Below are positions 47,562 to 56,985 of a stretch of 64,000 nucleotides of DNA, piece after piece (within the stretch, counting starts at the first letter, position 1; each line of letters starts with the position of its first letter). The stretch is from Chloroflexota bacterium. Lineage in GTDB: Bacteria; Chloroflexota; Limnocylindria; Limnocylindrales; CSP1-4. Position numbers and translations under genes: made by a program. Below the pieces are notes generated by a model that searched no databases, was not told the origin of the DNA, and saw nothing but the letters and a program-made list of their open reading frames with translations. Location: positions 19,827-83,826 of the forward strand of contig JBJMMR010000006.1 of NCBI GenBank assembly GCA_045804645.1. The letters run 5' to 3'.

Positions 47562-48479
47562 CTAGCTGTACCGGATCCGCGGATCGATGTAGGCGTACAA
47601 CACGTCGACCACGACGTTCAGGAAGGCCACCGTGAAGGCGTACAGGATCGTCATCGCCATCAGCAGGCTGTAGTCGCGCTGGCTGATCGCCGAGACGTAG
47701 AAGCGGCCGATCCCCGGCACGCTGAAGATGGTCTCGATGATGAATGAGCCTGTGACGAGGAACGCGAGCGTCGGCCCGAGGATGGTGACGACCGGGATGA
47801 GCGCGTTACGGATCATGTGGCGCGAGACGACGTCCCGCCCACCGATGCCCTTGCTCTGGGCCGTCCGGATGTAGTCCTTGCGGGTCACCTCGAGCATCGA
47901 GGCACGTGTGTACCGCGCGATGACGGCGATCGGGAAGCCGGCCAGGGCGACGGTCGGTAAGACCCAGTATTGCGGCCCCTTCCAGCCGCCCGTCGGGAAC
48001 CAACCTAACCCGATACTGAAGACGACGATGAGGAGGATCGCCAGGACGAAACTGGGCGTGGCGATGCCGATGATCGAGATCGACGTCGAGAGGTAGTCCG
48101 GCCAGCGGTTGTGACCGAGAGCCGCGAATATCCCGAGCGGTATCCCGACGAGGACCGACAGCGCGAAGGCCATCACGCCGAGCTGGAACGTCACGCCGAT
48201 GCCGTCGCCGATGATGTCGTTGACGCGGCGGTCTCGGGACCGGTACGACGGGCCGAGATCGCCGGTGACGAACCCACCTGCCCACTGGACGTACTGCTCG
48301 TAGAGCGGCTTGTCGAGCCCGTATTGGGCGTTCAGGCGAGCCTGGACGTTGGCGGGCAAGCGCTTTTCAGCGTCCCACGGCCCACCGGGCACGGCGTGCA
48401 TGAGGAAGAACGTGATGACCGAGACCGCGAACAGCACCGGGATGATCCACAGGATCCGCCGAGCGAGGTAGTTGATCAC
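47562..48479 (-). CDS. ABC peptide-type permease (OppB-like), GTG start
   Basis: MINYLARRILWIIPVLFAVSVITFFLMHAVPGGP.., ..YIRTAQSKGIGGRDVVSRHMIRNALIP.. Confidence 0.9.
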   Translation of the reverse strand: MINYLARRILWIIPVLFAVSVITFFLMHAVPGGPWDAEKRLPANVQARLNAQYGLDKPLYEQYVQWAGGFVTGDLGPSYRSRDRRVNDIIGDGIGVTFQLGVMAFALSVLVGIPLGIFAALGHNRWPDYLSTSISIIGIATPSFVLAILLIVVFSIGLGWFPTGGWKGPQYWVLPTVALAGFPIAVIARYTRASMLEVTRKDYIRTAQSKGIGGRDVVSRHMIRNALIPVVTILGPTLAFLVTGSFIIETIFSVPGIGRFYVSAISQRDYSLLMAMTILYAFTVAFLNVVVDVLYAYIDPRIRYS

Positions 48480-48529
48480 GGTCTCACCAGCTTTGTGTCA
48501 GACCCCAATGTGTTCGGTCGATGATGCAC

Positions 48530-48561
48530 GATGGGCCGGCCCCGTGTGGAGCCGGCCCATC
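48530..48561 (-). terminator. Perfect 11-bp stem / 10-nt loop hairpin between the SBP3 gene and the permease genes
   Basis: GATGGGCCGGC-cccgtgtgga-GCCGGCCCATC. It occupies the same position in its operon as the hairpin at 39605..39635. Confidence 0.5.
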
Positions 48562-48580
48562 ATCTGGTCGTCGGTGACGA

Positions 48581-50347
48581 CTAGTGCGCGAGGATCCGGA
48601 TCGTCTCCGGGAACTCGTCGCCTGGGTTGTTGTGGTCGATCGGGGTGACCTGCTCGCCGTCAACCCAAGGCTTGACAACGGTCGCGAACGTCCGATAGAG
48701 GAGCGGTAGGTACGCCGCATCTTCTGACAGCATCTTGTCCGCCTGTGCGTAGAGCTGCGCCTGCTTGTCGGCGTCCTGCTCGACGGCCGCCTGCTTGAGC
48801 AGCTCGTCGAAGGCGGGGTTGCAGTACTGGACGTTGTTGTTGCCGCCACCGCAGGTGAAATTGCCATCGAGCTGGTTATTCGCGTGCGGGTAGTCGGCAC
48901 CCCAGGCGTCCCTAGCGAGGTCATACTCACCGGCGGTCCGCTGGGTCAGGAAGACGCTGAACTCGCTACCGACCTGGTCGGTCTTGAGCCCGAACGCCTG
49001 GTTCCACGCCTCGGCCAGGAAGGCGACGCGCGGTTCATGGCCGGCGCCGGTATTGAAGCCGAACTTCAGCGCCGGGATGTCGGCCGCACTCGAGTAGCCG
49101 ATCGCCTGCAGCGCCTTGTCCATGTGCGCCTTGGCGTCGTCGAGGTTGAAGGGGTACGGGTTGATCGAGTCATCGTGACCCGGCAAGCCCGGCATGATGA
49201 AGCTGTTGGCGACCTGGCCGATGCCAGAGAACGTGGCGTCGATGAACGCCTGCTTGTCGATCGCCTCAGTCAGCGCGATGCGGAAGTCCTTGTTCACGGT
49301 CGGGCACGTGTGCTCGTCCGGGCAGCGCTTGAGCTTGCCCTTGCCGGACGGATCGACGCCGTTGTTGAAGTCGTACTGGGCGATGCCGAGGGTCGGGATC
49401 TCCGAGTACTGGTCGGCGAACGCGGGGTCGTTCTTGATCCGGTTGATGTCTTCGTCCGGAACCGGATAGACAGAGTCGACTTCGTCGGCCTCGTAGGCAC
49501 GCTGTGCGTCGGCGAGCTCAGCGAAGATCGGCATGTCGATCTCAGTCAACGTCGGCTTGGTGCCGATCCAGTTCGGGTTCGGCTTCAGGACGATCTGGGC
49601 GTTGTGGTCCCAGCTCTCGACCGTGAACGGGCCCGACGCAACGTAGTTGCCGGTCTCGGTGGCACCCTTCGAGGTGATCCACTTCTCCTGCATCGGGACC
49701 GTCACCCACATCCCCGTGACAGCAAGGAAGTACGTCGCGGGGATGGCGAGCTTCACGACGAAGGTCTTGTCGTCCGGCGCCGAGACGCCGACCTTGTCGA
49801 GCATCCCTTCGATCTCGGAGTCCGACGGGAGCTTCTTCGGGTCGATGCTGAGTAGGTCACCGGCCCCTTCGACTTCCTTGAGGACGTAGTTGTAGGGAGC
49901 CGGGTTGCGTGGGTCGAGCAGACGCTTCCAGCTGAAGACGTAGTCGCCAGCGACGATCGGGTCGCCGTTGCTGTACTTGGCGTCCTTGAGATGGAACGTG
50001 AGCGTCTTCGAATCCGGCGAGACGTCCCACGACTCAGCAAGCTCCGGGACGATCTTCAGATCCTTGTCGACGTAGGTGAGACCGCGCTGGACCGCGACGA
50101 GGACCGCGGTCGACTGCGAGTCCTGCGCCAGGTTCGGATCGAGCGTCGCGGGATCCTGGATCAGCGGCCAGCGGATGACCTGATCCTCGGCGAGATCCGC
50201 CGAGGCAGCGGGCGATTCGCCGCCGGAGGCGGCCGGCGACTCTCCGGGCGCCTGGCTGGCAGGCGCTTGCGTCGCGCTCGAGCCACCGCACGCGCTCGCC
50301 ATGAGGGCGAACGCGCCCAGGAGGGCGAGCAGACGTTTCTGTGTCAT
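48581..50347 (-). CDS. ABC transporter solute-binding lipoprotein, family 5, with canonical (non-permuted) domain order
   Basis: Lipobox: MTQKRLLALLGAFALMASAC. The N-terminal module ..DPATLDPNLAQDSQS..VPELAESWDVSPDSKTLTFHLKDAKYSNGDPIVAGDYVFSW.. comes directly after the signal peptide. Confidence 0.92.
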   Translation of the reverse strand: MTQKRLLALLGAFALMASACGGSSATQAPASQAPGESPAASGGESPAASADLAEDQVIRWPLIQDPATLDPNLAQDSQSTAVLVAVQRGLTYVDKDLKIVPELAESWDVSPDSKTLTFHLKDAKYSNGDPIVAGDYVFSWKRLLDPRNPAPYNYVLKEVEGAGDLLSIDPKKLPSDSEIEGMLDKVGVSAPDDKTFVVKLAIPATYFLAVTGMWVTVPMQEKWITSKGATETGNYVASGPFTVESWDHNAQIVLKPNPNWIGTKPTLTEIDMPIFAELADAQRAYEADEVDSVYPVPDEDINRIKNDPAFADQYSEIPTLGIAQYDFNNGVDPSGKGKLKRCPDEHTCPTVNKDFRIALTEAIDKQAFIDATFSGIGQVANSFIMPGLPGHDDSINPYPFNLDDAKAHMDKALQAIGYSSAADIPALKFGFNTGAGHEPRVAFLAEAWNQAFGLKTDQVGSEFSVFLTQRTAGEYDLARDAWGADYPHANNQLDGNFTCGGGNNNVQYCNPAFDELLKQAAVEQDADKQAQLYAQADKMLSEDAAYLPLLYRTFATVVKPWVDGEQVTPIDHNNPGDEFPETIRILAH

Positions 50348-50539
50348 CTAAGTTCCTTTCACGTACCCCGTCGCCGCGGTCTCCGTACCGCGACATCCGG
50401 TTGGTTCGAGCACGCCACGGTCGTGTCCACCGACCCTGGCGCCTTGACCGACTCGACGCCGCGATCCTCCCATCGATGGCGCCGTGCGCGGGGGCACCCG
50501 CGGTCACGATGACGAGCCGCGGGCCTCAAGATGGCGCAT

Positions 50540-50576
50540 ATCATTCACAGGAAGGTAGTACCCGTCAACTTGACGG
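50540..50576 (-). promoter_or_regulatory. Candidate promoter TTGACG - 17 nt - AATGAT, with a 7-1-7 palindrome CCGTCAAcTTGACGG over the -35 box, about 190 nt upstream of SBP3
   Basis: On the minus strand, the -35 box is at 50568..50563 and the -10 box at 50545..50540. The palindrome spans 50562..50576. Confidence 0.4.
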
Positions 50577-50591
50577 AAGTCCCGCTCGCGC

Positions 50592-52091
50592 TCAGTCCGG
50601 GCAGGGCATCTCCGCACCCGCCATCGGTCGCCAGCGCAGGTTCGGCTGGCGCGCGGCCGTCGCCTCGTCCAGGCGCCTGACGGGTGCCGTATGCGGCGCT
50701 GAGGTGACCACCTCGGGGTCGCGTTCCGCCTCCGCCACGATCTCGGCAAGCGCGTCGGCGAACGCGTCCAGCGTCTCGACCGATTCGGTCTCGGTCGGCT
50801 CGATGAGCATCCCTTCGTCGACGATCAATGGGAAATAGATCGTCGGGGGGTGGAACCCGTGGTCGATGAGGCGCTTCGCGACATCGAGCGTCCGCACGCC
50901 GGTCCTTGCCTTGAGGCTTGCGCCTGAAGCCACGAACTCGTGCTTGCACGGCCGGTCATACGGCAGGTCGAACGTGTCCGCGAGGCGCCATTTGAGGTAG
51001 TTCGCGGCGAGGACGGCGTCGTCGCTCACCTCTCGCAAGCCCGAACCCCCATGCGCGCGGATATACGCGTAGGCGCGCACGAGGACGCCGGTGTTCCCGA
51101 CGAAGCTGCGCAGCCGTCCGATCGAGGTCGGCCGTTCGCCTGGTCGTTCAAGCCGAAACGTCCCGTCGTCGAGCCGAAGGACGCGCGGTGTCGGGAGGTA
51201 CGGGAGCAGTCGCTCCCCTACCCCGACCGGTCCCGCACCGGGCCCGCCACCGCCGTGCGGGGTGCTGAACGTCTTATGCACGTTGAAGTGCATGACATCG
51301 AAGCCGGCCTGGCCCGGGCGGAACCGTCCGAGGATGGCGTTGAGGTTCGCGCCGTCCATGTAGGCGAGCGCGCCGGCGTCGTGGACCGCGTCGAGCAGCT
51401 CCCCGATGCGTGACTCGAAGAGCCCGAGCGTGGAAGGGTTGGTGATCATCACCGCCGCGGACCGCGGTCCGAGTGCTGCCTTGAACGCGTCGAGGTCCAC
51501 GCCACCGTCCGCGGCCGACGGGATCGTGATCGTCTTGAACCCGGCCATCGATGCGGTCGCGGGGTTCGTGCCGTGCGAGCTGTCCGGAACGAGCACCTCG
51601 TCCCGGTCGGTATCGCCCCGTTCGCGGTGGTACGCGCGGATCATCAGGATCCCGGTGAGCTCACCCTGGGCGCCGGCCGCCGGCTGGAGCGTGACGGCCC
51701 GCATGCCGGAGATCTCAGCCAGCGCCGCCTCGAGCTCCCAGAGCAGCTGCAGCGTGCCCTGCGCGACCTCATCGGGAGCCAGCGGGTGCAGCTCCGCGAA
51801 ACCCGGCAGCCGCGCCGCCCACTCGTTCAACTTGGGGTTGAACTTCATCGTGCACGACCCGAGCGGATAGAACCCGGTATCGACGGCGTGGTTGAGCTGG
51901 CTGAGGTTGACATAGTGGCGGACGACGTCCGGCTCGTTCATCTCGGGCAGGGCGGGCGGTGTCGCGCGCCGCGCGTCGGCGGGTAGCCGATCGAGGGCGT
52001 CCTTGGGCGGGTGCGGGATCTTGCCGCCTCCACGTCCGGGGCGGCTGCGTTCGAACAGCGTCGGCTGGAGCTTCTCGCCGGTGACGCTCAT
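50592..52091 (-). CDS. gcvPB: Glycine dehydrogenase (decarboxylating), subunit 2
   Basis: ..LGSCTMKFNP.., ..HFNVHKTFSTPHGGGGPGAGP.. (the PLP-Lys region). Confidence 0.95.
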   Translation of the reverse strand: MSVTGEKLQPTLFERSRPGRGGGKIPHPPKDALDRLPADARRATPPALPEMNEPDVVRHYVNLSQLNHAVDTGFYPLGSCTMKFNPKLNEWAARLPGFAELHPLAPDEVAQGTLQLLWELEAALAEISGMRAVTLQPAAGAQGELTGILMIRAYHRERGDTDRDEVLVPDSSHGTNPATASMAGFKTITIPSAADGGVDLDAFKAALGPRSAAVMITNPSTLGLFESRIGELLDAVHDAGALAYMDGANLNAILGRFRPGQAGFDVMHFNVHKTFSTPHGGGGPGAGPVGVGERLLPYLPTPRVLRLDDGTFRLERPGERPTSIGRLRSFVGNTGVLVRAYAYIRAHGGSGLREVSDDAVLAANYLKWRLADTFDLPYDRPCKHEFVASGASLKARTGVRTLDVAKRLIDHGFHPPTIYFPLIVDEGMLIEPTETESVETLDAFADALAEIVAEAERDPEVVTSAPHTAPVRRLDEATAARQPNLRWRPMAGAEMPCPD

Positions 52092-53515
52092 CGCGCCGCT
52101 CCGACCGGGTTTGCTGCCTGTTCTGAGCCCGCACCGGTCTCGACGCCCACTGGCGGCCGGCCGCTGAGGACCTCCTGCAGTGCGGCGACGAACCGAGCGA
52201 TGTCGCCGGGTGTCGTCAGTTCTGTGGTCGCGAGGAGGAGACCGTCGGCGAGCGTTGGATCCTCTGGCTCCGCATCCGCGAGGACGAGCCCGGCAAGGAA
52301 TCCACGCTCGATGAGCCGGCGATGGACCGTCCGAGCGTCGGCGACCCTGATCGCGAATTCGTTCAGGTAGGGCCCGCTGTGCACCCGCTCCACACCGACG
52401 GCAACAAGGCTCGCCTCCAGCTCGGTCGCACGCGCCGCACCCGTCGCGGCGACGTCGCGCAGCCCGTGCGGGCCGATGGTCGCGAGGTAGATCGACGCCG
52501 CCAGCGCGAGCAGCGCCTGGTTCGTGCAGATATTGCTCGCCGCCTTGTCCCGCCGGATGTCCTGCTCACGCGCGCGTAGCGTCATGACGAAGGCGCGCTT
52601 CCCGTCGAGGTCCGTCGTCATGCCGACCAGCCGACCCGGTATCTGACGCACGAGGGCGTCGGTCGAGGCAAGGATGCCGAGATACGGACCGCCGTACTGC
52701 GGGGCTATGCCGAGCGGCTGCCCCTCACCGGCGGCGATGTCCGCGCCGTACGCACCCGGTGGCGTCAGGACCGCCAGCGAGACCGGCTCGACGACGGCGA
52801 CGAAGAGCGCGCCGGCCGCATGGGTCAGCTCCGCGATCCGCGGCATCGGTTCGAGGAGTCCCAGGAAGTCCGGGTTCGCGGCGATCACCCCGGCCACCGG
52901 CCGGCCCTCTTCGGCGAGCATCTGGGACAGTGCGTCGAGATCCGTCGTGCCCGCGCCGTCGCCTTCGGTGATGAGCGGGATCTCATCAAGCTCGAGGTTC
53001 TGCATGTACGTCCGCAGCGTCTCGCGGTACTGGGGATGGACGCCGCGGCTCACGAGGACGCGGTCCCGCCGCGTCGCGCGACACGTCATGAGCGCGGCCT
53101 CGGCTGTGGCGGCGGCGCCGTCGTAGTGCGACGCCGAGACCACGTCCATGTCGACGAGCTCGGCGATCAGCGACTCGTACTCGTAGATCGACTGGAGCGT
53201 GCCCTGGCTGACCTCGGGCTGGTACGGCGTGTACGCCGTGTACCACTCACCACGAAGCAGCAGTTGATCGACCGCGGGTGGCGTCCAATGACGGTACACG
53301 CCGGCGCCGAGGAAGGACACGAGGTCGGTTCGGTTCCGCCCGGCCATCTCCCGAAGGCGTGCCGACAGCTCGAGCTCGGGCTCGGGCGGCGGCAGGTCGA
53401 GCGCGCTCGCGCGGAGATCGGACGGGATATCGGCGAAGAGGTCGTCGATGCTTTCGAGGCCGAGGGCGGCGAGCATCCGCTCCCGGTCGGCCGGGGTGTG
53501 TGGACCGTAGGGCAT
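52088..53515 (-). CDS. gcvPA: Glycine dehydrogenase (decarboxylating), subunit 1
   Basis: ..FLGAGVYRHWTPPAVD..YTPYQPEVSQGTLQ.. The stop overlaps the gcvPB ATG (ATGA). Confidence 0.95.
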   Translation of the reverse strand: MPYGPHTPADRERMLAALGLESIDDLFADIPSDLRASALDLPPPEPELELSARLREMAGRNRTDLVSFLGAGVYRHWTPPAVDQLLLRGEWYTAYTPYQPEVSQGTLQSIYEYESLIAELVDMDVVSASHYDGAAATAEAALMTCRATRRDRVLVSRGVHPQYRETLRTYMQNLELDEIPLITEGDGAGTTDLDALSQMLAEEGRPVAGVIAANPDFLGLLEPMPRIAELTHAAGALFVAVVEPVSLAVLTPPGAYGADIAAGEGQPLGIAPQYGGPYLGILASTDALVRQIPGRLVGMTTDLDGKRAFVMTLRAREQDIRRDKAASNICTNQALLALAASIYLATIGPHGLRDVAATGAARATELEASLVAVGVERVHSGPYLNEFAIRVADARTVHRRLIERGFLAGLVLADAEPEDPTLADGLLLATTELTTPGDIARFVAALQEVLSGRPPVGVETGAGSEQAANPVGAAR

Positions 53516-53522
53516 CGTCCGA

Positions 53523-53906
53523 TCAGCCGGCCGCGACGAGGTCGTCGTACGCGGGACCGTCGAGGAGATCGTCCATCTCCGAGCTGTCGCTGACCGTGAT
53601 CTTGATCATCCAGCCGTCGCCGTACGGATCGCTGTTGACGAGCTCCGGGTTGGCCGACAACGCGCTGTTGCTGGACGTGACCGTGCCCGTCAACGGCGCG
53701 AACAGGTCGCTGACCGCCTTGACCGACTCGACCACGCCGAACGGCTTCGCCTCCTCGAGATCGCGGCCCTCGTCGGGCAACTCGACGAACACGATGTCAC
53801 CGAGCTGGTCGGCGGCGTACTGGGTGATCCCCACGGTCGCCTCGCCGCCGTCGACCCGCACCCACTCGTGGTCGCGGGTATAGCGCAAGTCGGTCGGTGC
53901 GCTCAC
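53523..53906 (-). CDS. gcvH: Glycine cleavage system H protein
   Basis: ..YTRDHEWV..GITQYAADQLGDIVFVELP..ESVKAVSDLFAP.. (the lipoyl-Lys motif). Confidence 0.96.
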   Translation of the reverse strand: MSAPTDLRYTRDHEWVRVDGGEATVGITQYAADQLGDIVFVELPDEGRDLEEAKPFGVVESVKAVSDLFAPLTGTVTSSNSALSANPELVNSDPYGDGWMIKITVSDSSEMDDLLDGPAYDDLVAAG

Positions 53907-53907
53907 G

Positions 53908-55029
53908 TCAACTGGTCCTCCGATAGAACGGCAGCGGTACGACCCGCGCCGGCACGCGGGCGTCGCGGATCTCGATGTCCACCATGGTGCCCGGTTCCGC
54001 GTCAGCCGGTGCGACGTACGCCATAGCGATCGGGACGCCGAGCGTCGGCGACTGCGTCCCGCTGGTCACGACACCCGTTCGGCGGTCACCGGCGTGGACC
54101 GGATACCCGTGCCGCGCGATGCCGCGTCCCTCGACGATGAGGCCGACAAGATGACGCTTCGGTCCCTCGGCCGCGGCGCGCTCGAGGGCGGCTCGGCCGA
54201 CGAAATCGACACCCTTGTCGAGCTTCACCACGCGCCCCAGGCCGGCGTCGTACGGCGTGGTCGTCGTATCGAGTTCGTTGCCGTACAGCGGCATGCCGGC
54301 CTCGAGGCGGAGGGTGTCACGTGCGCCGAGGCCGACCGGGCGGCCATCGACGCTGCGAACCGCTTCGATCAACGTGTCCCACAGCTCGCCGGTCCGGCCC
54401 GTCTCGACGAAGACTTCGAAACCATCCTCACCGGTATACCCGGTCCGGGCGATGTGTGCCGGGATCCCGGCGACCTGCCCGTCCGCGATGCCGTAATAGC
54501 GCAGGGACGGCAGGTCCACGTCGGTGTGCGGCGTCAGGACGTCGATCGAGCGCGGACCCTGGATCGCGACGAGACCCGTCGCGAGCGAGTGGTCGTCGAG
54601 GACCGCCCGCGAGCCGTCGAGTCGCTCGGCGAGGGCATCGGACACGATCTGGGCATTGGAGGCGTTGGCCACGACCATGAACCGATCGGCGGCGAGGCGA
54701 TAGACGATGAGGTCGTCGAGGATCCCGCCATCCGACGCGCAGATCATCGAGTAATGCGCGCGACCCACGGCGAGTGCCGGCGGGTCGGAGACGAGGGCGC
54801 GGGCGAGCGCCTCGCCGGCGTCCCGGCCCTCGACGAGCAGTTCACCCATGTGCGACAGGTCGAACAGGCCGGCGCGTTCGCGCACGCACCGATGCTCCTC
54901 GAGGATCGAGCTGTACTGCACCGGCATGTGCCAGCCGGCGAAGTCGATCATCCGCGCACCGAGCGCCTCGTGACGGGCTGCGAGTGGCGTCTCGTGGATG
55001 ACCGTGGCGACCCCCTCCGGGTCGGTCAC
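53908..55029 (-). CDS. gcvT: Aminomethyltransferase (glycine cleavage T protein), GTG start
   Basis: ..TPLAARHEALGARMIDFAGWHMPVQY..LFDLSHMGEL.., ..RTGYTGEDGFE.. Confidence 0.95.
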   Translation of the reverse strand: MTDPEGVATVIHETPLAARHEALGARMIDFAGWHMPVQYSSILEEHRCVRERAGLFDLSHMGELLVEGRDAGEALARALVSDPPALAVGRAHYSMICASDGGILDDLIVYRLAADRFMVVANASNAQIVSDALAERLDGSRAVLDDHSLATGLVAIQGPRSIDVLTPHTDVDLPSLRYYGIADGQVAGIPAHIARTGYTGEDGFEVFVETGRTGELWDTLIEAVRSVDGRPVGLGARDTLRLEAGMPLYGNELDTTTTPYDAGLGRVVKLDKGVDFVGRAALERAAAEGPKRHLVGLIVEGRGIARHGYPVHAGDRRTGVVTSGTQSPTLGVPIAMAYVAPADAEPGTMVDIEIRDARVPARVVPLPFYRRTS

Positions 55030-55484
55030 GAGGCGCGCTCCACGCCCGACGTCGCGAGGCGGTCGGCCGCCTGCGCGACGAGTCCGCGTTCTGTCTCGAA
55101 GGTCAGCATGGTGGGCGCCTCATCGAAATCGATCCAGCGGACCTCGTCGAACTCGTGATCGTGCCGTTCGAGGTCGCCCCCCACGGGCTTCATCATGAAG
55201 TAGTGGACGGTCTTGTGGATGCGGGTACCGGACTGGACGAACGTGTATTCGATCGAACCGAGCGGGCCGGTGATCCGCACTTCCAGCCCGGTCTCCTCCG
55301 CGACCTCACGCAGCGCCGTCTCCTCGATCGTCTCGTGCGGATCGGGAGTCCCCTTGGGAAGGGTCCACGTCCTGTTGTCACGGTCGCGTCGACGACTGCC
55401 GACGACGAGCTGTGGACGCCCATCGGCGTAGCGGACCACGATGCCGCCCGCGGAAGTGGCGGTGGCGTTCCTCAGGCGTGCCAC
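55026..55484 (-). CDS. Nudix hydrolase (152 aa), GTG start. Its stop overlaps the gcvT GTG (GTGA).
   Basis: The Nudix box is GTPDPHETIEETALREVAEETGL. Confidence 0.85.
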   Translation of the reverse strand: MARLRNATATSAGGIVVRYADGRPQLVVGSRRRDRDNRTWTLPKGTPDPHETIEETALREVAEETGLEVRITGPLGSIEYTFVQSGTRIHKTVHYFMMKPVGGDLERHDHEFDEVRWIDFDEAPTMLTFETERGLVAQAADRLATSGVERAS

Positions 55485-55811
55485 GGAGCCGCGGCGGCGC
55501 TGGGACGTCGGCTCGTCCCGGAACGCCCGGAGCGAGCCCAGTGCATCGTCACCAGCGGCCGGACTCGGCGATCGCGCAGATGCGACCGGATGGGTCGGGG
55601 GCCGCGCCAGCCCGAGCGAAGTCGCTCGAATGGGCCGGCATCAAGGGCTCGCAGCAGGGTCTGGGATCCGCTCACCGGGTAGAACGATGCGCGCGCTCCG
55701 AGACCGAGACGCCGCTCTTTCACGCGGCTCGACGAACGCACGAATCGCGCCGCCGGTCGCGCCGCGTACTTTGCGGCGATGCTGTGTCCCATGGCCGGCA
55801 ATGGTACTAGG

Positions 55812-56816
55812 TCAGTCCTGCCTTGCAAGCGCGTTGCTGAGTGAATCGCGCATCGCAGAGGCCGTCTCCGGTGCCAGCGCGCCACGGTCGAGGGCCAGTT
55901 CGATCTCCCGGTGCGCGGCGGCCACATACAGCGGCAGGACGCCGGGTGCGTGCTTCCGCAGCGCGGCGAGGTGGGCGGTCAAGGTGCCGACGTCGCCACG
56001 CGTCATGGGACCGGTCAAGGCGGCACGGATCCCGAGCGCGCGCGCGTTCCCCAGCGTCCCTTCGATGAGCGGGCCGTAGATCGCCAACGCGCCGGCCTCG
56101 TCGAGACCGGCGACCGCGCCAAGCTCTGCGATGGCATCGAGCAGCGCGACGAACCCGCCGGCGGCGAGGACCGCCGCCGCGTGGTATGCGGCCTTGGTCC
56201 CGGGCGCGAGACGTACCGCGTGCGCGCCGATCCGGGCGGCCATCGACGCGAGGAGCGCAGCCAGGTCGTCATCGCCCTCGACCGCGACCGTCGCGCCGTG
56301 GAGCGCGGCGATCGCGCGTTCGGTGTCGGCAAAGGCGACGAGCGGGTGGAACGACCCGACCTGGGTCCCGGCCGCCATGGCCGGCGCGAGCACCTCCGCG
56401 CCGAGCGCACCACTCGTGTGCACCATGGCCTGGCCGCTGTACATCCGGATGTCGCGCGCGAGCGGCACGATCGCGTCGTCGGGGATGGCCAGGATGATCA
56501 GCTCGACCTCCTCGATCAGGGCCTGCGCTTCGGCGAACGCACGCGCCCCCTCGACCGAGCTCGCGAACCGGTTCCGACGTTCCTCGTCCCGGCTCGCGAC
56601 GGCCTGGATCGGCCAACCAGCGCGGCTCAGGGCAAGGCCGAGGGCCGTCCCGACAGCTCCTGCCCCAACGATGCCGGTCGATGGGATATCACTGGGTCCC
56701 GAGCGCTGATGGGGATGCGCGTGTCCGTCCGCGTGGACCTCGCCATCGCCGTGCCGGTGGTGGCCCGGCGGGACGGGGTCGAGATCGATGCCTGCCTCCT
56801 TGATCGCGGCGTCCAT
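55812..56816 (-). CDS. Rossmann-fold oxidoreductase with a DUF2520-like C-terminal domain and a His-rich N-terminal extension. The start is placed at the internal ATG.
   Basis: GIVGAGAVGTALGLALSRAG.. is the dinucleotide fold, and ..AAYHAAAVLAAGGFVALL.. is DUF2520-like. The full 410-aa ORF would overlap the divergent acnA start by 59 nt. Confidence 0.7.
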   Translation of the reverse strand: MDAAIKEAGIDLDPVPPGHHRHGDGEVHADGHAHPHQRSGPSDIPSTGIVGAGAVGTALGLALSRAGWPIQAVASRDEERRNRFASSVEGARAFAEAQALIEEVELIILAIPDDAIVPLARDIRMYSGQAMVHTSGALGAEVLAPAMAAGTQVGSFHPLVAFADTERAIAALHGATVAVEGDDDLAALLASMAARIGAHAVRLAPGTKAAYHAAAVLAAGGFVALLDAIAELGAVAGLDEAGALAIYGPLIEGTLGNARALGIRAALTGPMTRGDVGTLTAHLAALRKHAPGVLPLYVAAAHREIELALDRGALAPETASAMRDSLSNALARQD

Positions 56817-56985
56817 CTCGGCGCGGTCGCGCTCGGGGTCATCACCAGGCAGACCGCCCCACGGCTTCACCGACCGGACTCCCAAAGCGTCGTCGAGATA
56901 CGGCGGCCTCGGTCGACGCGGGCGGCACGCCGAGCGGGGTACGCTTCCATCGATCGAGTCTAGCGAGCGAACGGAGTAGGACGCG

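Noticed and set aside
55472-55792. 106-codon minus-strand ORF (MGHSIAAKYAARPAARFVRSSSRVKERRL..) that fills the spacer upstream of the Nudix gene.
   Set aside because: GC3 is fairly high, but the product is about 25% Arg, has no motifs and no Shine-Dalgarno or -10 signal, and overlaps the Nudix start. I kept it only as a note inside the spacer finding.
55485-55811. Glycine riboswitch, expected upstream of the gcv operon.
   Set aside because: The conserved cores (..GGAGAG.., ..CCGAAGG.GCAA.., ..CUCAGGCAAAAGGAC..) were not found on the minus strand by eye.
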